From the NCBI GenBank assembly GCA_944349415.1, contig CALVMX010000002.1, positions 946 through 64,945 on the forward strand: a stretch of DNA of 64,000 nt, given 5' to 3'. This DNA is from an uncultured Clostridia bacterium (lineage in GTDB: Bacteria > Bacillota > Clostridia > Christensenellales > UBA1242). This document shows, one piece after another, positions 47,837 to 58,521 of the stretch (position 1 is the first letter of the stretch; each line of letters starts with the position of its first letter). The notes under the pieces were generated by a model. That model had not been told where the DNA came from. It made no database searches and was given only the letters and a program-made list of their open reading frames with translations. Position numbers and translations under genes: made by a program.

Positions 47837-50800
47837 TTATTTAACAGAGATGCGTTTTCTAAGAACTATTATCAAGATGATAACTATTAGAAGAACCACT
47901 ACAGAAACCACAATAGCAATTATTGTTGCTGCATTAAATGGTTCATTTTTGGTCACTTTCGCACTATATAGTAGGTTTCCACTTGGAGAAACAAGCTGAA
48001 TGAAGTATTCATTAGTTCGTTCTATAGTGTATGTTTGAAGCTCAGTCGAGTCTGCATTTATATTAAAACTATATTCAGTGTGTTGTGCGTTATCTTGATA
48101 GTAGATTATTTGCAGAACGCTTTCGCCAAATTCTTCATAAATATTTCCAGCATTGAATTGAACGGTTATAGGATCTGTGGTTGCTTCGCCAGCATTAATT
48201 GAAGTATCAATCAGATTTTCGCGCCCTACTTGAATTGTAACTTGGAAAGTCCAACTTGTATGAGTGCTCTCGCTGTTATATAATCTTTCATTGCTGTTAA
48301 CAGTGATTATATACGTTCCTGCACCCGTTTTTTCGTCAAGATAGGATAATGTCAGTTCTGCTAAATATGTGGTTTGGTTAGCGATTATCGTGTCTAGATT
48401 TAGCGATCTTAAGTAAATATCTGTTACATCCACACCATCTTTCTCTATTGATTCAATATAGTAGTTGGAATATTTGTTTATTATGAAAGAATACCGATAT
48501 TCATTTGGATTTAGTATAGTAAAGTAGTATGTTTGACTTCTAATATTTGTTTCATTATCTTGACTGGACACTGCTGAGAAAGTTACGCCATAATATCCTG
48601 TTTCAGTAAAGTTATAAGCTCCATTTGAATAAGTATAGCCTGTATATTCGCTTCCATTTCTTGTGACGCTAAGGCTGACACCAGCTGCAGTGTAATACGA
48701 GGATGTGTTTGTATCAAGTCTTAGTGTTATGCTTCCGTTGTAAATAGCTTCACTTATTGGCTCGGTTGTCTCTTCTGTGTCAGTTAGCGGATTTGTGTAG
48801 GTTACTGTGAAAGGAATATCTTTTAAGAAGGTCAAGGTAAAGGATTCGGTCTGAGTAGCATTTCCGAGGTTAAATACCTGAACATTTCCTGCGGTATCCA
48901 CAAACGAAATTCGATATCTTCCCGAGCGAGTAATGTAGGTGTAATAATATTCTCTTCCATTTTCTGTTTTACTGTAAATAGTTGGAGTGAGTTCATAACC
49001 GTTTTTAGTTATAACAATGTTAATCACATTTTGTCGTATAGCATAATATTTTGACCATTGAAGTTCAAGTTGTGTTATAGAAGATGTGTCGGAAACAATA
49101 AAGTCTAAACTTGAAGATGATATTAAGTTTGTGTTGTTATCAATGATTCCTGCATGATTATATGTGTAAAACTCACTTGTAAATTGATTTGTAGGTTCAA
49201 TGAAAGTTATTGCTATTTGAGTGTAGAATCGTGGAATATTATTAGCGTTTCCGATGTTATCAAGATTTGAAATTGTGTATATATACGTTCGGACATTGTC
49301 AGCATCAATATAATATTCATCACTTGAAGTTACTTCTATTAATTGTTCTGCATTTGTGACAATTTCAAGTAAACTTTCTCTTTCAGTATAATTGATATTC
49401 ACAATATAATGATTTGCATAAACTGTTGTATTGGTATCCCCAGGTGTTGTGTATGTCTGACCTGACTTTTGTATAATTTCGGTCGCGTCATCACGATGCA
49501 AGGTGACATAATATGCTGTTGTTAGTGTAGTTGAAAGCCTGAAGGTGTAGACATACGAGGATGGTATAACTTCAAATATATAATCATAATTACCTGTTTG
49601 ATCGATATAACCTAGGTTTTCTATTTCGTCCATATCATACCAAACTCTTAAGTAATATTCTTGTTGCTCGACATCTTCTGGACAACTTATTTCTGTTCCG
49701 CTTGCTATTTCTTCCCAAATTACTCCGTCTGTTGAAATCTCAAATTTAATAGGTAGGAAAGATGTGTTTGTTCTATAGTTTAGAGATACTCTAGAATAGT
49801 AATCTACTTGATCCTCTCCATTTAAACCTAATATATCTTCTGTAATGATTCTTCCATTTGAAGCAAAATAGAATTCATTATCTAGGTTTTCCATGCTTTG
49901 AGTTTCTGGCAGAGGTATTTCGTTGTTTAATATGAAATACACTGTTTTAACTGGTGGATCAGTATCGTTTTCTCTTGCTGTATCATAAATTTCAAGCATA
50001 AATCTATATGAATAGTTTGGTGTTTCTTCTCTTGAATAAAATCTCAAAGTCCTTATTGTGCTGTTAGATAAGGTTGACTCTACGTTAACATATGATGTTG
50101 TATTTGCCATATTAACCCATGCACCATCTTCATATTGATATTGAACAACTGAGTATTTTGCTTCATTGAAGGTGTATCTAAAGTCATCGGCTGTTATGTA
50201 ATATAAGTTATTATCTTCAGCATAGAAAGAATATAGAGTATTTGTCGAGGAGATTTCTTGATAGCCGGTTGTTTCATGATATAGATGAATTTCCGTGTAA
50301 GTTGTTCCATAATTATCTGTGTATTCATAGACAATTCTAGTATTATCTGCAAGGTTAAGATTTGAATTTAATTCAAAGGTAAGTCTGGACGACGAATAAC
50401 TTACGGTAACATCTTGTGAGCTTTGCCACAAATCAGCATATCCAAATTGATTCTCAAATTCATCACTATAATATACCACTTCTTCTGTTCCATCTGCTTC
50501 AGAAGCAGGAGTATATATTTTTATTTTGGTCAAGAATGGATAAGCGATAGTTCTGCTTTCTAAATCACTATCTGTTGGTTGTGTAAAGGAGATATATTCT
50601 CGAGTTTGGTCGCTTGTAAGAGAGGCTGATAATGATGTGTTTCTTGTGTTTACATAGATATTAGTTGTGCCTCCAATTACTTGATCATAGAAGGATATAA
50701 TGCTTTTATATCTAGAATTTAAGTCACCGTCTAAAATTGAATTTATGCTTACTTCAGTAAATGTTGTTCCGTCGATTCTATAAATTCTATTACTAAGCCA

Positions 50801-53800
50801 TGGAGAAGTAAAATAGTATGATACAGAAGATATTCCATTTTCATTTGTTTCTGTAACTGTGAAGTTTGTCCAAACATTTCCAAAGTAGTTTATGCCTGTG
50901 ATTTCCAAGCCCGGTTTTGAGTAAATATTTAATAGTGCCGTGTGATTTGTTAATCCAAGTGCTTCAAAGTAATCATTTTGTGTTATTTCTCCACTGGTTA
51001 GTTCATCATTGTTTTCTGTTTGATAAGATACTATAGCTGTGTCATTTGCTGAATAATCGACAACATAAATTGTATAAATTGTTAAATTTCCAGCAAGGTC
51101 ACTTTCCACTATTTCATAATACGAACCGTTTTCAAATTCAGTTAAGGAATTAATATTGGAAAATTCGCCTTCAAGGAAAGAGTCAGGAGTAGTTTCCAAT
51201 GTCGTCGCGGTCGTATATTTGTTGTTGAATAGACGATAGTAGATAGTTGAAGATTCCGTTGTTGCTGTTGACTTAAGTGTATTTAAAAACGTTGTTCCAT
51301 CCACACTGTATGAAAAGTATCTAAAAGTTCCACTTGTTGTGCTAGTATTGTAAGTTGTTTCAGTGTTTGAGGTTACGTTTTCTCGCAAAATGTTTGATTT
51401 TGTTCTTAAATCTTCATAGGAGATAAGGTTTGAATTATAGGTGCTACCAATAACATTGCTTACAAGATTTTCAATATTCATGTAAGGTGCCTGAGTGTCG
51501 ATAATGATTCTTTTGGTTACTGTTTCATAATAAGCATCATTATGATTTTGATATCTCATTGTTATATCAATATAGTTTCCATTTTGGTAGAAGTTTCCAT
51601 AATAAATACTATTATCTAAAGCACTGAAGGTCAAAGTTCCAATATAATTGCTTCCACTTTCTTCAATGCTTCTAAACAATGTGTCAGCGCTTACATTTTC
51701 TATTCTAGTTGTTTGTCCATTTGCAGTGACTGAAACAGTTATATTATTTTGGTCGATTTCTGCTTTGAAAATATCTGTATCATCAGGGTTATCCCAAAGT
51801 ATTTGGATTGTGTCTTGGTTTGTATGATATCTTTCAATTAATTGACCGTTGTAATAAACGCTATCTGTATTCAATGTTGTGCCAGTTTGAGTTCTTGCAG
51901 TGAAGTCAGGATCCACACTTTCGATAGTAAAGGTAAATGTTGCCACTTGTCTAAACGTATCACCAGTAACTTCAGCAACACTGTTGTAGCCTTGATATAC
52001 CATGATAGTGTAGTTGCCTTCTTCTGTCAAATATTCCAAAGGCTCTCCAGTGCTTGCATCATAGAAGGTTAAAAAGTTTCCATTATTAGTATAGTTATTC
52101 TCCGTCCAAGTTGTTGTAGTTCTATATTCTGCCGTATCTTGAGCACCTTGATAATCTTTATATATTTCTGCGTATATTCTATACTCGTCGATGATATGAT
52201 TATCATTTTCAGGATTTTCCACGCTGTAATATATGTTGTCAGGTTCACTATTTACTACTTCATAATAATAATTTCCACCTGCATCAACACGTTGAATGGC
52301 ATACATTGTATATTTATATGTTGGGATATAAACTCTTACAGGTAATTTGTTTGTTGTCCAAACGGAATTTGAAGTGTTACCATTATATAAAGTGGTGTCT
52401 CCGACTTGTGAAGAGCCAACAATACTGTTAGGGAAAGTAACAACGATATCCGACATAGTTCCACTGTCATACATTCCTACAAATATTTCTCCTCCGACCA
52501 AACTTTCAGAATGTGAAGTGTTGTTTTCGTCTCTAATAGTGATAGGACTAGAAATAACTTCATTTCTATCCACATATAAAACAAAAGTTACAGAATAATT
52601 ATCCTTTTCATTAATTGTAAAACCGTCATCTGTTCTATAAGTTCTTGTGATAACATATTTTCCAGCGGAGGTGATAAGATCGGTGTTAGGCATCAATTCA
52701 TAGATAAACTCGGTTTGAGAGGAACCATCAGTGCTGTAATCATATACAGTCGTTCTGGAGGTTATGTTGTCAGCGATTGAATAATAATAGGATGTGTCAG
52801 TAACTTCGCCAGCCTCATTTGTATGAGAGTATGTTTTTTGTTCATAAGCATAATATTCTATTGTGACAGTGTCTACTTGAACTGTTTGAGAAGTTGTTTC
52901 ATCTGTTTTTGTTGGTATAAAAGATAGATAAATTTGTTCTTGTAAATTAATAGGATTTAGATAAGTTGTTAAAGTGCTGTACGTTGTTTGGTTGTCGTCT
53001 TCACCTATTGTGACGGAGCCTCCAACTGTATTATTACTAGATAAAATTTCTTCAGAGCCATTCACATCATAATATAAATGAAATTCGGAGTCGTCAAAGC
53101 TTACAATAATTGTTTGTCTTGCGCTGTAATGAGAGGCATATTGATTAAACGATTCTTTTTCTGAGTCATCATTTAAATCAGTTCCAGTGACATATCTATT
53201 ATTACTTTCATCGCGAATCAAGACTCTATATGTATAGCCTTGGTCTGTGTCTGTAGAAAGTTCCACATAATTTTGACCTTCTACTCTTTCATAGTCATCA
53301 CTGCCAATAGGTGTCTGATAGGTGACATCGTCAATAGCTATTGTTAAATATATTCCTAGGGCATTGTCAGGAGAGGCAATATACTGAAATAGATTTGTAT
53401 TGTAAAGAGATTCATAAAAAACTCTGAATATATCTTCATTAGGGTTTCCGTCTTGTCCATAAAACAAGTCAAAATCCTCATAAAGAGACGAATCGATGTT
53501 ATTAATATCACTTACTTCATCAAAACGAAGTTCATAGTCGCCAGTGTCGATTTGGATAGCCTTGTAATCTCCCCAATAAAGAGTGGAAGTTTCTGAGATA
53601 AAGTATGATGTAGGAATAAGAGAAAAGGTAGAATCTGTTTGAAGAGCGAAAATCGGTGTTGTAGTGTCTTTAATGAAAATCTGATAAGTGTGGTTGCCAG
53701 CTGCATCGTAAAAATCGAACAAGTATAGTCCTACTGGAGATAAAATATTTTGACTTCCTGTTGTGGTTGTTAAATCAAGAGTGTTGGACATATATCTAAT

Positions 53801-56209
53801 CCAAGTGCTATCTTCAGTATTTAAATCAAGAGAATAGTCTATAGGTAAGAAAGCATAATTTCTTAATTGCAAGAATTGATAAAGCAATGTAGAAATTTGT
53901 TCTTCTGTTCCTGTGTAATATTCACTTTCACTAATTGGAAAATATTTATAATATGCGTAGGTTGGAGCATCGCTATCTTTTTCATTCCAAGAAACTATAA
54001 AATCTTGATTTGTTGAAACTCCTTCGAGACTTTGTAGAATGTCATAATTTGTTGTTCCTGAAATAAGTGAAACATTTCGTGCAGTTATACCGTCAATTTT
54101 TTGCTTATCAATGGTAAAGAAATATTGTCTTTTCACTTTTTGCAATGTAGTGGTAGAATTGTCATTTATATTTGTTGTTATAGTCGACATCTCATTTGTA
54201 TAGTAAAGTCTAATCGTGTAATGTGCATTCTCTTCTAATGTCAAAGTGTTTCCACCGTCATAGCCTGGAGCCGACAACATATTAATACCTAGTTCTCCGC
54301 CGTATGAGGATAAATACGTTTCGTTATTATAATCATAAGCATAAATTTGGACGGTCACGTCTTTATTATGTATTTCATCGATATTAGCATTAATTATAGT
54401 CACATTTTGGTTTGTGTAGGTATCAGAATATACCGAGGTTCCATCTTCGTCTTGCAATGTTATTACAGGAGGTTCGCCAGTTATTTCAAAATAGAAAACT
54501 TGGTAGAAGTATAGATTTTGTGAAAGTTGTCCGCTTGTTGTGTAAAAATAGTTAAAGGTGTAGGCAAGGATGAAAATATAAGTTCCTTTTTCGCTAATAG
54601 AACCGCCTGTGTAGTTAGCACGATAAAGAGTTTGGCCGTTTAGACTAAGTGATGTTTGAGTGTAGTTGTTATTTACCTGTGTGGTTGAATATACGTATGA
54701 AGTGATATTTCCAGAAGCAATAGTTGCATTGGAAGTAAAGCGAATAGGTGACTGATTTGTGGATGCTAGTTCATCAACTGTTACATTTCTTGAGATATAA
54801 TTTAAAACGTTATTAATGGTAAAAGTTGTATTTCCAGTTGTATCAGTAGTGGAAGTGTTTTGACCATATGATTCATTTGAAGCCAAGAATCCAGAAGTAA
54901 TATCAGCACTTTCATAATATCTGCCGTCAAATTCATCCACATCATTCTCATAAGATTTAAATTCTGTGTATACAGAATCTTGGTCATAGTCTACATAAGT
55001 CGCTTGGTAGCCATAGCCGTATACCATAATTCTTTTTAGTTGATTTGTAAGTTCGCCTAAAGTATATTTATTGTAAATGGTGGTGCCGTCTTGCGTGTAT
55101 GAGAATGTTGCCACTGCGTTAAAAGTTAAAGAATAATTGCCGACATCTTTAAAATAAAGAGTTACACTATTTTCAGAATTTTTCACGTAAGTGACAACTT
55201 CGTCTCCAGTTATTGTTATCCCGTCATTTGTCACAACCTCTTCCTCTTCTGTCACATTTTCAGCTATGTAAGAAATGGATTCTGTCGTAACTTCGCCATT
55301 TAAAGTTTTTGTTATATCAACATCATATTTTGTTGGATCATAAGTAATATTTGCAATTTGGTTATCTTCGTATGAATAGTTAAAGTAGTAGTAATTTCCA
55401 TACACTTCACTTTGTGTCGAAGTAACTTGGTAAGAACTGTCAAATTCGGAAGCGGTGGTAATTGGTCTAGTGTTAGAGATATAGTCGGTGCGGTTTAATA
55501 CTAAAAATTCATATCTTAAATTAATAGTATCACTTCGAAAGGTCTCTTCTAACGCATCTGTTCGTCCGTCGGTGCAAGTCCAAAGCACAAGAGTTATTTC
55601 GACAGTATAGCGACCTTGAATTAAATTGTTGTCAGCATCAAGCAAGGAAATAGTATTAGTGGCAGAAGTGTCATTTGCTGAAAAATTTAACTGATAAGTT
55701 TCAAGATAGGCACCGCTTTCATTTGCAAAAGCATAGGATGTGGTATTACTAAATTCTTTATCAGCGGATATTGTTTGTTGAACACCATTTATGTAGAGGT
55801 TGGTTGATTCAAAGGTATAAAAATAGAAAGTCGAGGTGTCTTCCACATTTGGATAATAAACATATTGATAAATATCTTCGCTTCCAGTGTTGACTTCTGT
55901 GCCATTGGTTTTAAAAGAAATAGTTAAGGTGTTACTCTCTGAAGATGCGTTGACGTAATAAAGAAAAGTGTTGTCGCTGATTAGACTTGTCGAATCCGCT
56001 TGGGTAGAGCCAGGAGCATACTCTTCAATAGAAACATAATCTGGGAGTTCTGATGGCTCGTTGTTTACCATCGACTGCAGATCATTTACGATGACTGTTT
56101 CTGCTTGGGCAATGTTTTCTTCTTTCATAAAAAGTGTGACAATGCCTGTGCATAAAAAGCAAAGAGAGAAGAAAGCTAAAAATATTGATTTCATTAAAGT
56201 TTTTCTCAT
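47837..56209 (-). CDS. Giant surface protein (2790 aa) with an N-terminal signal peptide and a C-terminal TM anchor
   Basis: The signal-like segment is KSIFLAFFSLCFLCTGIVTLF. The C-terminus is AATIIAIVVSVVVLLIVIILIIVLRKR. Composition is rich in T/N/Y/S. No LPXTG motif. RBS GAGGT. Confidence 0.85.
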   Translation of the reverse strand: MRKTLMKSIFLAFFSLCFLCTGIVTLFMKEENIAQAETVIVNDLQSMVNNEPSELPDYVSIEEYAPGSTQADSTSLISDNTFLYYVNASSESNTLTISFKTNGTEVNTGSEDIYQYVYYPNVEDTSTFYFYTFESTNLYINGVQQTISADKEFSNTTSYAFANESGAYLETYQLNFSANDTSATNTISLLDADNNLIQGRYTVEITLVLWTCTDGRTDALEETFRSDTINLRYEFLVLNRTDYISNTRPITTASEFDSSYQVTSTQSEVYGNYYYFNYSYEDNQIANITYDPTKYDVDITKTLNGEVTTESISYIAENVTEEEEVVTNDGITITGDEVVTYVKNSENSVTLYFKDVGNYSLTFNAVATFSYTQDGTTIYNKYTLGELTNQLKRIMVYGYGYQATYVDYDQDSVYTEFKSYENDVDEFDGRYYESADITSGFLASNESYGQNTSTTDTTGNTTFTINNVLNYISRNVTVDELASTNQSPIRFTSNATIASGNITSYVYSTTQVNNNYTQTSLSLNGQTLYRANYTGGSISEKGTYIFILAYTFNYFYTTSGQLSQNLYFYQVFYFEITGEPPVITLQDEDGTSVYSDTYTNQNVTIINANIDEIHNKDVTVQIYAYDYNNETYLSSYGGELGINMLSAPGYDGGNTLTLEENAHYTIRLYYTNEMSTITTNINDNSTTTLQKVKRQYFFTIDKQKIDGITARNVSLISGTTNYDILQSLEGVSTNQDFIVSWNEKDSDAPTYAYYKYFPISESEYYTGTEEQISTLLYQFLQLRNYAFLPIDYSLDLNTEDSTWIRYMSNTLDLTTTTGSQNILSPVGLYLFDFYDAAGNHTYQIFIKDTTTPIFALQTDSTFSLIPTSYFISETSTLYWGDYKAIQIDTGDYELRFDEVSDINNIDSSLYEDFDLFYGQDGNPNEDIFRVFYESLYNTNLFQYIASPDNALGIYLTIAIDDVTYQTPIGSDDYERVEGQNYVELSTDTDQGYTYRVLIRDESNNRYVTGTDLNDDSEKESFNQYASHYSARQTIIVSFDDSEFHLYYDVNGSEEILSSNNTVGGSVTIGEDDNQTTYSTLTTYLNPINLQEQIYLSFIPTKTDETTSQTVQVDTVTIEYYAYEQKTYSHTNEAGEVTDTSYYYSIADNITSRTTVYDYSTDGSSQTEFIYELMPNTDLITSAGKYVITRTYRTDDGFTINEKDNYSVTFVLYVDRNEVISSPITIRDENNTSHSESLVGGEIFVGMYDSGTMSDIVVTFPNSIVGSSQVGDTTLYNGNTSNSVWTTNKLPVRVYIPTYKYTMYAIQRVDAGGNYYYEVVNSEPDNIYYSVENPENDNHIIDEYRIYAEIYKDYQGAQDTAEYRTTTTWTENNYTNNGNFLTFYDASTGEPLEYLTEEGNYTIMVYQGYNSVAEVTGDTFRQVATFTFTIESVDPDFTARTQTGTTLNTDSVYYNGQLIERYHTNQDTIQILWDNPDDTDIFKAEIDQNNITVSVTANGQTTRIENVSADTLFRSIEESGSNYIGTLTFSALDNSIYYGNFYQNGNYIDITMRYQNHNDAYYETVTKRIIIDTQAPYMNIENLVSNVIGSTYNSNLISYEDLRTKSNILRENVTSNTETTYNTSTTSGTFRYFSYSVDGTTFLNTLKSTATTESSTIYYRLFNNKYTTATTLETTPDSFLEGEFSNINSLTEFENGSYYEIVESDLAGNLTIYTIYVVDYSANDTAIVSYQTENNDELTSGEITQNDYFEALGLTNHTALLNIYSKPGLEITGINYFGNVWTNFTVTETNENGISSVSYYFTSPWLSNRIYRIDGTTFTEVSINSILDGDLNSRYKSIISFYDQVIGGTTNIYVNTRNTSLSASLTSDQTREYISFTQPTDSDLESRTIAYPFLTKIKIYTPASEADGTEEVVYYSDEFENQFGYADLWQSSQDVTVSYSSSRLTFELNSNLNLADNTRIVYEYTDNYGTTYTEIHLYHETTGYQEISSTNTLYSFYAEDNNLYYITADDFRYTFNEAKYSVVQYQYEDGAWVNMANTTSYVNVESTLSNSTIRTLRFYSREETPNYSYRFMLEIYDTARENDTDPPVKTVYFILNNEIPLPETQSMENLDNEFYFASNGRIITEDILGLNGEDQVDYYSRVSLNYRTNTSFLPIKFEISTDGVIWEEIASGTEISCPEDVEQQEYYLRVWYDMDEIENLGYIDQTGNYDYIFEVIPSSYVYTFRLSTTLTTAYYVTLHRDDATEIIQKSGQTYTTPGDTNTTVYANHYIVNINYTERESLLEIVTNAEQLIEVTSSDEYYIDADNVRTYIYTISNLDNIGNANNIPRFYTQIAITFIEPTNQFTSEFYTYNHAGIIDNNTNLISSSSLDFIVSDTSSITQLELQWSKYYAIRQNVINIVITKNGYELTPTIYSKTENGREYYYTYITRSGRYRISFVDTAGNVQVFNLGNATQTESFTLTFLKDIPFTVTYTNPLTDTEETTEPISEAIYNGSITLRLDTNTSSYYTAAGVSLSVTRNGSEYTGYTYSNGAYNFTETGYYGVTFSAVSSQDNETNIRSQTYYFTILNPNEYRYSFIINKYSNYYIESIEKDGVDVTDIYLRSLNLDTIIANQTTYLAELTLSYLDEKTGAGTYIITVNSNERLYNSESTHTSWTFQVTIQVGRENLIDTSINAGEATTDPITVQFNAGNIYEEFGESVLQIIYYQDNAQHTEYSFNINADSTELQTYTIERTNEYFIQLVSPSGNLLYSAKVTKNEPFNAATIIAIVVSVVVLLIVIILIIVLRKRISVK

Positions 56210-56551
56210 ATCAACCTCACTATTTATTTACATTTTACCACAAAGAAAAAATATTTCAAAATAAATAGATATAATTTATTATAAATATATTATATAAAAT
56301 AATACACTTTAAAAATAATTTTTAATTAAAATAAATTATTTACGGAAATGTTTCAGACTTTTTACAAGCGATTTTTCTAACATAAAGATAAACATAAATA
56401 GATTTTAATAAATGTAAAAATATAAGAAATCATAAAAAAATTAATTTTTTTATTAAAAAATTATAAAAATAACGCTTTTTTAATGTATTTTTTATTATTT
56501 TTAATTATTTTTTTATTTTATACACAAAATATAAATGTATGAGGTCTATGT

Positions 56552-57109
56552 ATGTTTAAAAATTTACTCCTATATTTAAGTGCCTTTATGCCTATGTATG
56601 TTTTGGTTTTTGTTAAACTTGTGGTGGAGATAATTAATGACAATTTATCGTTTAATGTTTTAAACACGATAAATTTTGCCACTCTTCTTCTTTTAATTGT
56701 CGGCGGTGTGATAGGACTTTTATGGAACGTAAAATATAACAATGAAAAATCAAACGAAATCATTATTCTTAAAAGTCAAAACATAACGGACAAGCATTTC
56801 TTAGGTTACTTTTCTCTTTTTGTCTTTTTTGCCATTCCACTTGATTTATCTCTTGTCAGTGCTTATTGTGTGTATGTTTTAGTTTTAATTTTTATTGGAA
56901 TCGTCTACATTAATAATTCGCTTTACTACATTAATCCACTTTTAAACATTTTAGGGTATAACTTTTATGATATTGAATATCGAGATGTGGATAGCGGAGA
57001 GATAAAGCAGGGGAAAATCTTTTTTAAAGGAGAGCCAGAACTTGGCAAACCATATTTTGCCAAAGTCAAAAACAAACACTTTTGCTTTATTGACAAAAAT
57101 CATAAGTAA
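56552..57109 (+). CDS. Small membrane protein (185 aa, about 4 TM segments)
   Basis: Hydrophobic segments. RBS GAGGT. Confidence 0.6.
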   Translation: MFKNLLLYLSAFMPMYVLVFVKLVVEIINDNLSFNVLNTINFATLLLLIVGGVIGLLWNVKYNNEKSNEIIILKSQNITDKHFLGYFSLFVFFAIPLDLSLVSAYCVYVLVLIFIGIVYINNSLYYINPLLNILGYNFYDIEYRDVDSGEIKQGKIFFKGEPELGKPYFAKVKNKHFCFIDKNHK

Positions 57110-57411
57110 CAGGCCAGGCATTGCCTGTTTCTTTTTATTTGAAAAATATTTATGCTTTATTGATAAAAATTATAAGTAGTTTAAATGCATAATATTTGTA
57201 TTATTAAGCGAAACCACTTGTATCATATTAAGACAAACTTATGTTTAACTACAAATTGGTAAGATATAATAAATAGTATAGCGAATAGTATACAAGATAA
57301 TTAATTTATAATTTTTATCATGCAGAAAAATGATATGAATAACATATAGGATGTTGCTTTTATTTTATTATTATGTTATAATATTCTTAGATTTTTAATA
57401 GGAGATATAGA

Positions 57412-58398
57412 ATGGACAATTATATTCCGCCCTTTGAAATAACAAACGAAATGTTTGAAATATCAACCGAGATTATGGAAAATCTTGGAAAACTTTCAAA
57501 TGTAAATGAACTAGAAAAACTGCCAAGGCTTAGAAAAGTTTCAAGAATTAAGAGCATTCATTCTTCATTAGCAATTGAAAATAATACTTTGTCTATTGAA
57601 CAAGTGACAGATATTATAGATGGGAAAAGAGTATTAGGGCCAAGAGAAGATATCATTGCTGTTAAAAACGCTTTTGAAGCTTATAAAGAGTTAGATTCAG
57701 TTAATCCTTATGAATTAAAGGATTTGTTAAAAATACACGGGATTATGATGAAGGATTTAGTCGAAGAAGCTGGTAATTTGCGTTCTAGAAATGTTGGCGT
57801 GTTTGATGAAAATGGAAATGTTGTTCATACAGCACCACCAGTCGAAATGGTAAACGAATTGGTTAGCCAGTTATTTGACTGGATTAAAAATACAGATATT
57901 CAAATGCTTATTAAATCTAGTGTGTTTCACTACGAATTTGAGTTCATTCATCCTTTCTGTGACGGAAATGGGAGAATGGGTAGGCTTTGGCAAACGGCAC
58001 TTTTATCTAGCTGGAAACCAATTTTTAAGTATATTCCAATAGAAAGCGTTATTAAGGATAATCAAGAAGAATATTATCATGCAATAGCAAAATCAACAAG
58101 CGAAGGCAAATCAAACGCTTTCATTCTCTTTATGCTTGATGTAATTAATAAGGCAATAAAAGATATTGTAAATGATTCAAGAGAACATTATAATCATATA
58201 AATATTCAAATAAATAAACTTATGCAAGTTATGGAAACTTATCCACAATCATCACAAATGATTATGGATAGATTGGGGTTAAAATCTAGAATTGCATTTA
58301 GAAAAAATTATCTTAATCCAGCTTTGGAGGCGGGTTTAATAGGAATGACCATTCCAGATAAGCCAACAAGCAAAAACCAAATGTATTATAAGATATAA
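57412..58398 (+). CDS. Fic-family protein (AMPylase-type core) with an N-terminal inhibitory-helix motif
   Basis: HPFCDGNGRMGR matches the Fic core motif HxFx(D/E)GNGRxxR. SLAIEN matches the (S/T)xxxE(G/N) inhibitory motif. RBS AGGAG. Confidence 0.85.
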   Translation: MDNYIPPFEITNEMFEISTEIMENLGKLSNVNELEKLPRLRKVSRIKSIHSSLAIENNTLSIEQVTDIIDGKRVLGPREDIIAVKNAFEAYKELDSVNPYELKDLLKIHGIMMKDLVEEAGNLRSRNVGVFDENGNVVHTAPPVEMVNELVSQLFDWIKNTDIQMLIKSSVFHYEFEFIHPFCDGNGRMGRLWQTALLSSWKPIFKYIPIESVIKDNQEEYYHAIAKSTSEGKSNAFILFMLDVINKAIKDIVNDSREHYNHINIQINKLMQVMETYPQSSQMIMDRLGLKSRIAFRKNYLNPALEAGLIGMTIPDKPTSKNQMYYKI

Positions 58399-58409
58399 GG
58401 AGTAAAAAA

Positions 58410-58500
58410 TGGCAAATTATAACTTTACTTCCTGAGCAACTTGCAAGAGTAAAAATTGATAAACAATTAATGGAAACAGGATGAGAGGTTGTAAGTAGAG
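58410..58500 (+). pseudogene. Remnant of a type I/III restriction R-subunit N-terminus (HsdR_N-like) with an in-frame TGA
   Basis: The frame reads LLPEQLARVKIDKQLMETG*EVVSRG. This fits the E.Q.R..ID..L...GW.V N-terminal signature, with TGA where the Trp codon is expected. Only about 30 codons remain. Confidence 0.3.
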
Positions 58501-58521
58501 GTGGAATAATAAAATTTACGA

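Noticed and set aside
58475-58486. A TGA at the position of a conserved Trp in the HsdR_N-like fragment suggested genetic code 4 (TGA=Trp, Mollicutes-type).
   Set aside because: ORFs of 1476 and 2790 aa, and all housekeeping genes, are uninterrupted under the standard code and use TGG for Trp. TGA also terminates genes cleanly, for example dnaX. The fragment is better explained as a decayed pseudogene.
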